Positions 24,487 to 33,884 of a DNA stretch of 42,974 nucleotides are shown one piece after another. How positions within the stretch are numbered: the first letter of the stretch is position 1; each line of letters begins with the position of its first letter. A program made the position numbers and the translations under genes. Under the pieces are notes generated by a model. That model ran no database searches, was not told where the DNA came from, and saw only the letters and a program-made list of their open reading frames with translations. Source of the stretch: Candidatus Bathyarchaeia archaeon (GTDB lineage: Archaea > Thermoproteota > Bathyarchaeia > Bathyarchaeales > Bathycorpusculaceae); the NCBI GenBank assembly GCA_049512935.1, contig JBEKWR010000015.1:1-42974 (forward strand). The letters run 5' to 3'.

Positions 24487-25395
24487 TTAAGAGAAGTGGC
24501 TATGTTGGGACTTTTCTAATTGGCACAGCATTTCAAAAACAACTTTTGCGGCTGCAATCGCCGAGATTCCTTGGTCGAAGATTGGCACGATCTCCATCAC
24601 GTCAAAGCCGAGCACGCGCTTGTCGCACAGGCTGCAGGCAAGGTCGATGAGGTCGGTGGTTGAGATGCCTTCGGGCTCTGGGTTCTGCACGGCTGGCGCG
24701 TACGCTGGGTCAAGCACGTCCATGTCCACCGTCAAGTACAGGTTGTCGTAGGGCAACAGTTTCTCTTTGAGCTGTTCGCCGATAAGCAGGGAGCCTTGCC
24801 TTGCGATTTCTTGGGCGGTGAAGTATTCGACGCCCGCCTTCTTTGCGTAAGCCAACTCTTCCTTGCAGGCTGAACGGGTGCCGACCTCGACGATTTTGGC
24901 TGGCTTAACCTCCTCGCTGATAAGCTGCATAAACGTCGTGTGGGAAAGCGTTGAACCCATGAATTCGCAGCGCAGATCCAGATGCGCGTCGAAACTTACA
25001 ACCGCCGTTTTAGCCGCTCTGCCGCCCAAACCCTTCGCCGCGCCTAAGGTAACCGTGTGTTCGCCGCCTAAAGCAACGGGCACTTTGCCAGCTGCCAAGA
25101 GCTCCTCAACCACGAGGCGGGTCATTTCAAGGGTTTTCTGCGCGTCCATCGATACGTCTAAGTCGCCAGCGTCATGCAACGCCAAATCCTCAACGTCGAC
25201 GCCGCTGCGGAAACTGTACGTTTCAATGTTCAGAGACGCCTGCCTAATCGCGGCTGGAGCAAACCTTGCGCCGCTTCGGTAAGTGCTGGTTGCGTCGAAC
25301 GGCACGCCGAAGACAACGTATTTCGCCTTTTCAAACGGCTTCTGCACTCCGCTGAAAACGTTGGTTTGCGAAGAGAACAACTCAAGATAAGTCAT
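24487..25395 (-). CDS. speB: Agmatinase (ureohydrolase family)
   Basis: GVPFDATSTYRSGARFAP, GGEHTVT, FDAHLDLR, DMDVLDPAYAPAV, PEPEG; start moved to ATG 25395. Confidence 0.9.
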   Translation of the reverse strand: MTYLELFSSQTNVFSGVQKPFEKAKYVVFGVPFDATSTYRSGARFAPAAIRQASLNIETYSFRSGVDVEDLALHDAGDLDVSMDAQKTLEMTRLVVEELLAAGKVPVALGGEHTVTLGAAKGLGGRAAKTAVVSFDAHLDLRCEFMGSTLSHTTFMQLISEEVKPAKIVEVGTRSACKEELAYAKKAGVEYFTAQEIARQGSLLIGEQLKEKLLPYDNLYLTVDMDVLDPAYAPAVQNPEPEGISTTDLIDLACSLCDKRVLGFDVMEIVPIFDQGISAIAAAKVVFEMLCQLEKSQHSHFS

Positions 25396-25514
25396 GCAGA
25401 GGTTCCTGTCCTTCTCTTGGTATTCACTTAAGCTTCTTCTAAACTTTTTCGCTAACTTATATGCATTAAATTTATTAATTAAACCTCCACTGCATAGGGT
25501 AAAGGCGAACACAA

Positions 25515-25874
25515 GTGTCCTTAGCGACTTTAACGTCTAAACTCAAAAACCTCAACCGCATAGAACTGGCAGCGTTAGCGTTCTACATCGTCAGCGGAGT
25601 AATCCTTCTGGTCTTCCTGCCCTTAACCAGCTATGCACCCCAGCTTGGGCTCCTAGGAATCCTGAGCTTGATAGTGGCTTACGGCATCTTCACAAAACGC
25701 GGTTGGGCTCAATGGCCGATTTTCATCCTGTTCGTTGCCGCCTCAACCTTCTCGCTCTACACGCTGGTCGTAGTGGGATTCAGCAGCGCACTTTTGGGTT
25801 TAAGCATGGTTGGCTACGTGGTGCTCACCTGGATATTCGCAATTTATCTGCTGCTGATAAGAAGAAAACCCTAA
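25515..25874 (+). CDS. Hypothetical four-TM membrane protein
   Basis: Four hydrophobic helices and a basic C-terminus; divergent from speB across an AT-rich promoter region. Confidence 0.7.
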   Translation: MSLATLTSKLKNLNRIELAALAFYIVSGVILLVFLPLTSYAPQLGLLGILSLIVAYGIFTKRGWAQWPIFILFVAASTFSLYTLVVVGFSSALLGLSMVGYVVLTWIFAIYLLLIRRKP

Positions 25875-25993
25875 ACCCTTACCTTTTGAAGATCACGGAA
25901 CAGAGTCGTGCTGAATATTTCCATTTTCGAAATATTACCTAGCTGAAACAAGCAATTTATAAAAAAGCGCCATTCTCAGATGCAGGGGAGAAC

Positions 25994-26146
25994 ACGGAAA
26001 CACAAAAAGTCAACTGGCTGGAGTTAACCGATTCTCAAAGAGCCAGCGTACTTGAGCAAGTTAGAACTTATGTACATGAGCAAATGGAAGAAGCGAAGAT
26101 TTCTAAGACCGTGATTAAAGTTCTTGACAAACACGGCCTCATGTAA
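25994..26146 (+). CDS. Possible 50-aa helical protein lacking a canonical start (ACG)
   Basis: Open frame (T/M)ETQKVNWLELTDSQRASVLEQVRTYVHEQMEEAKISKTVIKVLDKHGLM*; TTTATAAA at 25956-25963 and GGGGAG just upstream. Confidence 0.35.
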   Translation, partial: TETQKVNWLELTDSQRASVLEQVRTYVHEQMEEAKISKTVIKVLDKHGLM

Positions 26147-26174
26147 AAAAGAAAAAAGCCTTTCTTAAGCAAGC

Positions 26175-27425
26175 CTAAGCTTTGCCTGGCTGGTTGCGGA
26201 AAAGTGAAACCGCGACTTCTTCATTTGCATCCACAAACTGCTCGTTTTCAGGAATCTCCACGAACCCGTCAGCCTTAGCCAACGTGGTGATCGCTCCTGA
26301 CGCGCCAGACTCAACGGGTTCAGCAATCAAACGGCAGCTTTCATCAAACATCAACTTCACCATGACAAACGTTCGCCTGCCCTTAGCGCTGAACATTCGG
26401 GAGCCAGCGACGGCTCTGACCGTTTTCATAGGTACGACAGGCCTGCCCGCCAACTGCTGAATCAAGGGTCTAGCAAGCAGATAAAAAATCAGCAGCGCCG
26501 AGGTTGGGTGACCCGGCAGGGAGAAAACGGGTTTGTCCCCGACGAACCCCACGGTGGTTGGTTTGCCAGGCTTAACGGCGATGCCGTACACGATTATTCC
26601 AGGCTTGCCCAGTGAATCCACGATTTGCGGGGTGTAGTCCCGCGGACCCACGGATACGCCGCCTGAAGTAATCACCATGTCAGCAGAAGCCAAAGCCGCA
26701 TGCAAAGACTTAGACAAAGCCGCCTTGTCGTCGGCTACGACGCCGAAATAGACGGGTTTGCCGCCACTCTCAACCACCGCCGTGCTTATGCTGTAAGCGT
26801 TGATGTCGTAGATTTTTCCAGCAGGCAAAGGCTTGCCAGGCTCGGTTACCTCGCCGCCCGTGGACAAAACCGCAACCATCGGGATCTTTGAAACCCAAAC
26901 TTTCGTCAAGCCCAAGGCTGCCAAAACGCCGATCTCCGATGAACCTAAAACCTGCCCCTTCTTGAGCACCACCTCGCCCTTCTTTATGTCTGAGCCGCGT
27001 TTCATAACGTTCTCGTTTGGGGTGACAGGTGTGAAAACATGCAACTCTTCGTTTTCCCGCTCGGTGTCTTCAACCATGACTGCAGAATCCGCGCCTTCAG
27101 GAATCGGTGCTCCCGTGACGATTTCCGCCGCTTCGCCCTTGCCGACCTTAACCTGAGGCTGCTCCCCAACGCTTACGACGCCGCTGACTCTGAGAGTTGC
27201 AGGCTGGTTTTCGTCTGCGCCGAAAGTGTCCTGCGCTTGGACGGCGTAACCGTCGACTGTGGAGCGGTTAAACGGGGGAATATCAAGAGTTGAAACCACG
27301 TCTTGGCTGAGAACGCGGTTGTAAGCCTCAAGAAGCACCGCTTCTTCTTCGCCTAAAGCTGGGGGTTTAAACTGGGATTCGATCGCTTTCTGCGCTTCGT
27401 TAAACGTCATGAGTTTACGGAACAC
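26175..27425 (-). CDS. moeA: Molybdopterin molybdenumtransferase MoeA
   Basis: PPFNRSTVDGYAV, IVTGAPIPEGADSAVMVE, STGGEV, TSGGVSVG, KPGKP, LPGHPTSA. Confidence 0.93.
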   Translation of the reverse strand: MFRKLMTFNEAQKAIESQFKPPALGEEEAVLLEAYNRVLSQDVVSTLDIPPFNRSTVDGYAVQAQDTFGADENQPATLRVSGVVSVGEQPQVKVGKGEAAEIVTGAPIPEGADSAVMVEDTERENEELHVFTPVTPNENVMKRGSDIKKGEVVLKKGQVLGSSEIGVLAALGLTKVWVSKIPMVAVLSTGGEVTEPGKPLPAGKIYDINAYSISTAVVESGGKPVYFGVVADDKAALSKSLHAALASADMVITSGGVSVGPRDYTPQIVDSLGKPGIIVYGIAVKPGKPTTVGFVGDKPVFSLPGHPTSALLIFYLLARPLIQQLAGRPVVPMKTVRAVAGSRMFSAKGRRTFVMVKLMFDESCRLIAEPVESGASGAITTLAKADGFVEIPENEQFVDANEEVAVSLFRNQPGKA

Positions 27426-28666
27426 TACGATGCAGCCTCCACGACTCCAAACATGTGCACCATCACAGTTTCGCCTTCGCTCACGCCTTCACGGTTCTCG
27501 GGAACCACAAGAAAACCGTTGCTCTGCGTCATGGTGGAGATTGAGCCTGAACCTTTCGTGCTGACCGGCTCAGCAATAAACTCGCCCTGCTTCGACGTCA
27601 CGCGGACCCGAACGTAGGTTTTTCTTCCGAGAGCGCTTGCCACCCGCCTCGACAGAGTTGCCTTCAACATTGGCCTCGGCTCCGTTTCAGTCATGCCTAG
27701 CATTCGGCAAACCATTGGGCGCCCGAAAACTTCGAAACCGATGATTGCTGCGACTGGGTTGCCTGACAGAATCAAGACAGGCTTATCTTTCAGAATGGCG
27801 AGAGCCGTCGGCATCGCAGGTCTAACTGCTACCCCGTGAACCAACACGCCCGGCTTTCCCAGCTTCTTGACGGCGTCAGGAACCAAGTCTAAACCGCCTA
27901 CGCTTGTGCCGCCCGTGGTGACCACGGCATCCATGGTTTTTAGGGCTGTTCCTATTTTTTCGGCGATTTCGTCAACGTCGTCTTTTGCGATGCCGTAGTC
28001 GGTTGTTTCTGCGCCGAGCTCTCTGCACACGGCGGAAATCATGACTTTGTTCGAGTCGTAAATCAGGCTGCCGCTCAGCTTTGACCCCGCCTCGGCAAGC
28101 TCGTTTCCCGTGGCTAAGATGCCGATCTTCGGTTTCACGGCGACTTTAAGCTGGTTTAAGCCTAAGGCAGCGGCTAAGCCGAGGTGGTAGGGGTTCAAGC
28201 GTGCGCCAGCCTTAGCGATGAGGGCGCCTTTCTTGAGGTCTTCCCCAATCTTAGCAATGTTCTCGCCCGGGGCAAGTTGGCTCCAAACCTCCAGTTTCCC
28301 CTTGACTTCTTCGGTGTTTTCAAGCATGATGACCGCGTCAGCGCCTTTCGGAATGGGGTTTCCAGTCCAAATCTGCTTGGCTTGCTTGGCGCCCACTTCT
28401 TGGCTGTCGACTAACTGGAAGCTTACGGGTTTTGACTGGGACGCGCCCGCGGAATCCGACGAGTTCAAAGCGTACCCGTCCATGGCTGACCTGTCAAACC
28501 TCGGCAGGCTCTCCTCTGCGACAAGGTCTTCGGCTAAAACACGTCCTAACGATTCCTGCAAAGACGCCAGTTCACATTTGGGCTTCCCAATCTTGAGGGT
28601 TGCAAGCCACGTTTGCAGGGCTTTGTCGGTTAACGTTAATTTTTGGAACCCCTTAAGTTTCACCAA
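27425..28666 (-). CDS. moeA: Molybdopterin molybdenumtransferase MoeA paralogue
   Basis: PRFDRSAMDGYA, IWTGNPIPKGADAVIMLE, ATGNEL, TTGGTSVG, RPAMP, SGNPVAA; likely start TTG 28666 or GTG 28663. Confidence 0.92.
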   Translation of the reverse strand: MVKLKGFQKLTLTDKALQTWLATLKIGKPKCELASLQESLGRVLAEDLVAEESLPRFDRSAMDGYALNSSDSAGASQSKPVSFQLVDSQEVGAKQAKQIWTGNPIPKGADAVIMLENTEEVKGKLEVWSQLAPGENIAKIGEDLKKGALIAKAGARLNPYHLGLAAALGLNQLKVAVKPKIGILATGNELAEAGSKLSGSLIYDSNKVMISAVCRELGAETTDYGIAKDDVDEIAEKIGTALKTMDAVVTTGGTSVGGLDLVPDAVKKLGKPGVLVHGVAVRPAMPTALAILKDKPVLILSGNPVAAIIGFEVFGRPMVCRMLGMTETEPRPMLKATLSRRVASALGRKTYVRVRVTSKQGEFIAEPVSTKGSGSISTMTQSNGFLVVPENREGVSEGETVMVHMFGVVEAAS

Positions 28667-28742
28667 AACAATCCCACACAGAGCACTAAGCGACGTTATG
28701 TAAAAAACGTATCGAAACAAAAAACGCCGAATTAAGCGTTGA

Positions 28743-29270
28743 CTAACCCGTGACCTTGGTTTTTGGCTGTGCCTCTTCCGTCATTTTTTTGAGGAACGCC
28801 TTGAGACCTTCCTGTTGGCCGTAAACGACCAGCCGTCCATCCTTCTGCTTGTTCACTGAAAGGCTGTTTTCCTTGGCGATCTGCGTCAGCTTTTCCGCAG
28901 GCAGGTTGGGGATCGGCTCGATTCTTATCCACTTCTGGTCTCTGGGCACACCGGTGATGAAGCCCTTTTCGCTTTCCGCGCGCATTTCGCAGGTTGGCAG
29001 GCTGGCTTCGTCCAGACGCTTAAGCCATAAATCAACTTCTTTTTCGGCCAAAACGTTCTGCGCTTCTGTGATGAGGTCTGATTCGACGCTTGCAAGGATG
29101 GTTTCCAGCTTCATTGTTGCGTCTCCGCTGCCTTCCCCTGCCTCGCCGATTTTGATCATCAGCTTGGCGCTTCGAAAATCGCTAATGACGTTTGAGGGAG
29201 TTTCGAACCCTTTTTTGCGAAGCTCAATCATCAGGTCCTCAAGGACTTTCCACTTGGCTGTGTAACCCAT
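28743..29270 (-). CDS. DUF2096-like conserved archaeal protein
   Basis: WKVLEDLMIELRKKG..P..V..DFRSAK, VESDLI, GVPRDQKWIRI resemble this family as I recall it. Confidence 0.6.
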   Translation of the reverse strand: MGYTAKWKVLEDLMIELRKKGFETPSNVISDFRSAKLMIKIGEAGEGSGDATMKLETILASVESDLITEAQNVLAEKEVDLWLKRLDEASLPTCEMRAESEKGFITGVPRDQKWIRIEPIPNLPAEKLTQIAKENSLSVNKQKDGRLVVYGQQEGLKAFLKKMTEEAQPKTKVTG

Positions 29271-29456
29271 GAGTTTCCACGTGTGTCTAGTTTAAACGTG
29301 AGCCTTTAAACCTTGCTTTGCGCCTGTTGGAAAGAAATAAATTCCTAAACTTTTTTGATATACCTGTAGAGGTAACGTTTCTTGTCGGAGGATAAAAAGT
29401 CTCAGATTAAAGCGCAGTTGCCGACGCCCACCAATTTGCCGCTCAAAAATATCCGC

Positions 29457-30182
29457 TTATTCTTCTTTTTCCTTAACAATTGCCTTTGCCATTCGGCTAA
29501 GCTTATCCTTAGGCTCTAATAGTTCCTGAACAAGGTTGAACTGGCGTTTGTAGATGTGGCAGTTTTTTGAGTGGAAAATCAGTTTGCCCGTTTTCAACGA
29601 AAGGTTTCCCCGCTCATTAATTTCCGCCACGAAAGCCTCGTTGAAGAGCTGAAGCCCCGCGATGTTTGCAGGTAGCCCAGCGAAGGCGTCCCATGAACGG
29701 AAATAGCAGGTTAAATGCATTTGCCCGTCAAGAATCTCTGTGTCGATTAGGCTTAGGCAGGGAGGTTCATGGCGTTCCTTTGTTTTGGGATTAATCTTGT
29801 AGATGTCCTCGGGCAGCCTTACAACCATTGTCACTTGCCTGTCCCGTTGCTCTTTCACGTAGTTTTTGATGGCTTCTTCAACCTGGTCAACGGGTTCCCG
29901 AAGCCTGCTGCCGTACGTGTAAGTCTCGTCCTGTTTTCCTTCGCCGCACCACAGGTAGGTTAACGCGTACCATTGAACATACTTCATGTCGCAGGGGGCT
30001 TTGTCGCTGATGAGCGGGCGATTCTCGGGATGAAGTATCTCTATTGATAAATTGAGCTTTTTTGTCTCGGTGATCTCAGAGCCGTAACCCACTTGGAAAT
30101 CGTCCCCCTCATGCCAAATGGCGTTTAACCCTTTGAAGTAAGCATCGGGACAGTCGAAGGCTGTAATCTTAACGTGTTTCAA
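29457..30182 (-). CDS. thyA: Archaeal-type thymidylate synthase
   Basis: YTYGSRLR, catalytic PPCL, FRSWDAFAGLPAN, HIY; TTG start at 30182. Confidence 0.85.
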   Translation of the reverse strand: MKHVKITAFDCPDAYFKGLNAIWHEGDDFQVGYGSEITETKKLNLSIEILHPENRPLISDKAPCDMKYVQWYALTYLWCGEGKQDETYTYGSRLREPVDQVEEAIKNYVKEQRDRQVTMVVRLPEDIYKINPKTKERHEPPCLSLIDTEILDGQMHLTCYFRSWDAFAGLPANIAGLQLFNEAFVAEINERGNLSLKTGKLIFHSKNCHIYKRQFNLVQELLEPKDKLSRMAKAIVKEKEE

Positions 30183-30292
30183 CCGCGAGTTATTCTCCAA
30201 GTTCCAACTAAACCCTACAAGCAAATATAAGTTTACTTAGAAAAACCTAAACTTGCAACCAAAAACAAGAATTCACCGATGAAAGCCTGATC

Positions 30293-30316
30293 AAAAATTA
30301 AAAAAGATAAAAGAAG
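30293..30316 (-). terminator. Oligo-T archaeal terminator downstream of the thermosome gene
   Basis: Minus strand reads TTCTTTTATCTTTTTTTAATTTT just after the ths stop. Confidence 0.45.
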
Positions 30317-30323
30317 GGGCTTT

Positions 30324-32000
30324 TTAGTAGGGCATTCCGCCCATACCGCCCATGCCACCCATTCCACCCATGCCGCCGCCCATTCCGCCTGGAGGCATCG
30401 GAGGCATTTTTCCGCCGCCTTTGACGCTGATTAGGTCGTCGATTTTGAGTATCATGTTTGTGGCTTCGGTGGCTGATTTTATGACCTGCTGCTTCACCCG
30501 CAGTGGCTCAATGACGAGTAGGTCTAGCATGTTTTTGATTTTCCCTGTTGTGACTTCTATGCCCATGTATTTGCTGTCTGCTTTTTCGTGTGCTGATCTG
30601 AGTGCCACCATGACGTCGATGGGGTCTAACCCTGCGTTCTCAGCCAACGTAAGCGGAATCGATTCGACCGCTTCAGCGTAAGCTTCAACCGCGAGCTGTT
30701 CTCTGCCGCCGACTTTAACCGCATACGCGCGTAAACCTTTGGCTAGTTCCGCTTCGGGTGCGCCGCCGCCTGCAACGATTTTGCCGTCTTCAATCGCGTT
30801 TCTCACAACACATAAGCCGTCATGCAGTGAACGTTCTGCCTCGTCGATAACATGGTTGGATGCGCCTCGGATGACGATTGTTACGGCTTTGGGGTTCTTG
30901 CATTCGCGTATGTAGATGAGTTTGTCATCGCCGATTTTTACTTCTTCGACACGCTTTGCTTTGCCAAGTGTGTCAGCGCCCAAGTCTTTTACGTTTGCAA
31001 CTATTGTGGCGCCTGTTGCTTTGGATAGTTTTTCTATGTCGCTGCTGCTTACGCTTTTAACTGCTAAGACTCCTGCTTTGCCGAGGAAGTGTAGTACCAT
31101 GTCGTCAATGCCTTTTTCGCAGAAAACAACGTTTGCACCGGATTTCGTAACTGACGTAACCATTTCTTTGAGCATGCGTTCTTCTTCGTCGAGGAAAAGT
31201 TGCATTTGGTTGGGGCTTTCAATGTTGATTTTAGCGTCGAATTCTGTTTTTTCAATCTCCATCTTTGTATCTAACAGGGCGATTTTGGCGCCGTCGATCA
31301 CTTTGGGCATCCCTGAGCTTGCGACTTCCTTGTCGATAACCATTCCTTTGACAAGTTCTGTTTCGTCTAGGCTTTTGCCGTGTTTTTTGACTACTTTTAT
31401 TAGGTCAATGTCAGCTTTGTATTTGCCGTCGACTTTTTCAGAAACCTGTTTAACCGCCTCAACGATGATTTTTGCAAAGTGCTCTTCAGCAACATTGATA
31501 CCTTTGCTAGCCAGGGATGTGATTGCTACATCCTTCAGGGTTTTATCATCATCTATGGAAACAGGAATGGCTATTTGATCCAAAATTTCTTGAGCTTTCT
31601 CACTTGCCTTCTTGTAACCTTCAATTATAACTGTGGGATGCACGTTTTTGTCAAGCAAGCCTTCAGCCTTTGAAAGCAGCTCTCCAGCTAAAATCACCGC
31701 TGTTGTTGTTCCGTCGCCTACCTCGTTGTCCTGAGCCTTGGCAACTTCAACCAGCATTTTTGCCGCTGGATGCTGAATGTCAAGTTCTTTCATGATGGTT
31801 GCGCCGTCGTTAGTTATGGCTACGTCGCCCATGCTGTTAACGAGCATTTTGTCCATGCCGCATGGACCAAGCGTGCTTTTCACTGCTTCAGCCACTATTT
31901 TTGCAGCCATGATGTTGTTTTTTTGTGCTTCGCGACCTGTTGTTCGGCCTGTTCCTTCTTTCAGTACTAGGATTGGGACTGTTCCTCCACCTTGAGACAT
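30324..32000 (-). CDS. ths: Thermosome (group II chaperonin) subunit
   Basis: [43 protein letters not shown]-repeat tail; ATG at 32000. Confidence 0.97.
   Translation of the reverse strand: MSQGGGTVPILVLKEGTGRTTGREAQKNNIMAAKIVAEAVKSTLGPCGMDKMLVNSMGDVAITNDGATIMKELDIQHPAAKMLVEVAKAQDNEVGDGTTTAVILAGELLSKAEGLLDKNVHPTVIIEGYKKASEKAQEILDQIAIPVSIDDDKTLKDVAITSLASKGINVAEEHFAKIIVEAVKQVSEKVDGKYKADIDLIKVVKKHGKSLDETELVKGMVIDKEVASSGMPKVIDGAKIALLDTKMEIEKTEFDAKINIESPNQMQLFLDEEERMLKEMVTSVTKSGANVVFCEKGIDDMVLHFLGKAGVLAVKSVSSSDIEKLSKATGATIVANVKDLGADTLGKAKRVEEVKIGDDKLIYIRECKNPKAVTIVIRGASNHVIDEAERSLHDGLCVVRNAIEDGKIVAGGGAPEAELAKGLRAYAVKVGGREQLAVEAYAEAVESIPLTLAENAGLDPIDVMVALRSAHEKADSKYMGIEVTTGKIKNMLDLLVIEPLRVKQQVIKSATEATNMILKIDDLISVKGGGKMPPMPPGGMGGGMGGMGGMGGMGGMPY
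30334..30390 (-). repeat. Degenerate 9-bp coding repeat for the chaperonin (GGM)n tail
   Basis: Plus strand carries CATTCCGCC/CATACCGCC/CATGCCACC units. Confidence 0.8.
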
Positions 32001-32051
32001 AATTTTCACCAAGTTTTAATCTTTTAATATAAACGGAATTCAACAATCAGG

Positions 32052-32072
32052 TATTTAAATATAAATTTTTCT
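32052..32072 (-). promoter_or_regulatory. BRE/TATA promoter of the thermosome gene
   Basis: Minus strand AGAAAAATTTATATTTAAATA about 50-70 nt upstream of the ATG. Confidence 0.5.
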
Positions 32073-32207
32073 AAGCAAACATTGAACACGGCTACCTAAT
32101 TGATGCTCATTTGCGAGTAGCACGTTCACTTTCAGGGTTGCCGCCGTTTACTTTTTGGTGTGGCACCGTGAGTTTGCGGCTTGCAGCGCAATGTGGTTAA
32201 GAACCCA

Positions 32208-33266
32208 TTAGGCTTTGATGATGTGGTAGCCTGACGCTTTGCGCAGCCTGTTCATGACGGCTAACCCGAGACCTTCAGAGGGGACGCCTTCAGCTATTAT
32301 CACGTCAACGCCTTGGCTGTCAACCTCCCGCAGCAAACGGAAAAGGTTTCTGGCGACAATCGCCAAGTTAAAGCGGCTGCCTAAGGATTCAACCACGTCC
32401 GCGGTGTAGCTGGCTTGTGTTTCGTCAGTGGCTAAGACTCCTATTTTTGCGCCCTTAAGCCTGTACGATTCGGTCAGCTGCTTCACTTTAGCCACAACCG
32501 CTGGAACATCACCTTCCACAAGGATAACATCCGCCCTTGGCGCGTAATGCTTATGCTTCATTCCAGGAGACCGAATCTTCTCCAGAGGCAACTCAGCCTC
32601 AGCCTCAACAAACGGGTGAAGCCTAATGTCGCTGAAAACCTGCTTTAACGCTTCAAAAGAGGTTCCGCCTGGCCGAAGAACCATCGGCGGATCAACGCTT
32701 AAGTCCACAACGGTGGATTCAACCCCGATGCTTGTGGCACCGCCGTCCAAGATAACGTCGATTCTTCCGTTTAAGTCATCATAAACGTGCTGGGCAGTGG
32801 TCGGGCTGGGTTTCCCCGCGAGGTTTGCGCTTGGAGCGGCTATGGGGCAACCGCTTTGCCTAATCAACGCCAACGCGACCTTATGCTTTGGCATGCGAAT
32901 CGCAACCGTGTCTAAACCCGCAACTGTCACGCTGGGCACAGCACTTGAACGTTTGAAAACCAGCGTCAAAGGCCCCGGCCAAAACCGCTCCATCAGCACT
33001 TCAGCCTTCTTCGGCACCGCGTCCACAAGCCTGCGGACTTCACCTTCGTCAGCGACGTGAACGATCGGCGGGTTATCCAGAGGACGCCTCTTAGCTTCAA
33101 AAAGCGCCAGAACAGCGTCAGCGTTCAGTGCGTCTGCTCCTAAACCGTAAACTGTCTCTGTGGGAAAAGCCACCAGCCCCCCTTTGCGGATGACCTGTGC
33201 AGCGACCTCTATTTTTGAGAGGTCTGGGTTTTCTGAGTCGACTTTTAGCACGAGTGTTTCTTTCAT
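32208..33266 (-). CDS. sua5: Threonylcarbamoyl-AMP synthase Sua5 (YrdC + SUA5 domains)
   Basis: AFPTETVYGLGA, KRRPLDNPPIVH, FWPGPLT, AAPSANLAGKPSPT, SPGMKHKHYAP, MNRLRKA. Confidence 0.95.
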   Translation of the reverse strand: MKETLVLKVDSENPDLSKIEVAAQVIRKGGLVAFPTETVYGLGADALNADAVLALFEAKRRPLDNPPIVHVADEGEVRRLVDAVPKKAEVLMERFWPGPLTLVFKRSSAVPSVTVAGLDTVAIRMPKHKVALALIRQSGCPIAAPSANLAGKPSPTTAQHVYDDLNGRIDVILDGGATSIGVESTVVDLSVDPPMVLRPGGTSFEALKQVFSDIRLHPFVEAEAELPLEKIRSPGMKHKHYAPRADVILVEGDVPAVVAKVKQLTESYRLKGAKIGVLATDETQASYTADVVESLGSRFNLAIVARNLFRLLREVDSQGVDVIIAEGVPSEGLGLAVMNRLRKASGYHIIKA

Positions 33267-33327
33267 TCAGGATTGCCTTTTCAGTTTGAGTACTGGTTAA
33301 TCATTGGGTTTCACTGTTTTTCGGTTG

Positions 33328-33699
33328 TCAGGTTGCCGTCGGCTCCTTTTGGCCTTCACCCTTAATAATTTTGTCAATGAGGTGCATGAAGAATCCTTGG
33401 GCTTGAATTTCGGTCACCGTATCCAGGTAAACTGAGACAAGGGCGATTTTGCCTTTTTTGGAAGCCACATACTCAGCGAACATTCGCGCCGAAATGACGT
33501 CCTTGTCTCCTAAAAGCACGGACGACGTGACGGGGGCAAGCGCGTCTTTGGCTCTGGGAACAGCGATAGCCAGGGTTCCAAGCTTATCTTCTTTTTCGCT
33601 TAGCATCACCATGCACGAGTTTTTTGATTCAACGTAAACCGCCAGGAAACGGGTGTCCTGTTGAGTAACCTCTTCCTTCGTGACTTTGGCGCGTTCCAA
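33328..33699 (-). CDS. Proteasome assembly chaperone PAC3/PAC4-like protein
   Basis: 123 aa; KLGTLAIAVP, VTSSVLLGDKD and AEYVASKKGKIALVSVYL resemble human PAC3 (KMGTLVSLEP, TTKVLLGQDE) and PAC4 (LRNLAVAM, VSTSLLGD, AQRLARKTNKQVFVSYNL) as recalled. Confidence 0.65.
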   Translation of the reverse strand: MERAKVTKEEVTQQDTRFLAVYVESKNSCMVMLSEKEDKLGTLAIAVPRAKDALAPVTSSVLLGDKDVISARMFAEYVASKKGKIALVSVYLDTVTEIQAQGFFMHLIDKIIKGEGQKEPTAT

Positions 33700-33884
33700 T
33701 TTCGTTTCTCTCCTTTTTCAATGCTGGTTAATGATTGGACTCCTTAAAAAACTTCACAAGCCGCCAGCGCAGCATTTCTTGGAAGAGCCGCATCTGCATT
33801 TCCGAGAGCCCACGACTAAAACGGGATTTTACAGCAAGACATTAAGGGCGGAACACTTTAACAGTCAAACGTAAGGTCTGTGCC

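Noticed and set aside
29457-30182. Thymidylate-synthase homologue as a phage-type dCMP hydroxymethylase
   Set aside because: It has Asn in GLPAN (dUMP-type specificity), sits in a core context and has no base-modification neighbours.
30334-30390. Tandem 9-bp repeats as a CRISPR or minisatellite
   Set aside because: They are fully explained by the chaperonin GGM tail; no spacers.
30352-31995. Long antisense ORFs over the thermosome gene (and similar ones over topA, polB1, moeA, speB, ECF and cob genes)
   Set aside because: They are shadow frames of well-supported genes, with no motifs of their own.
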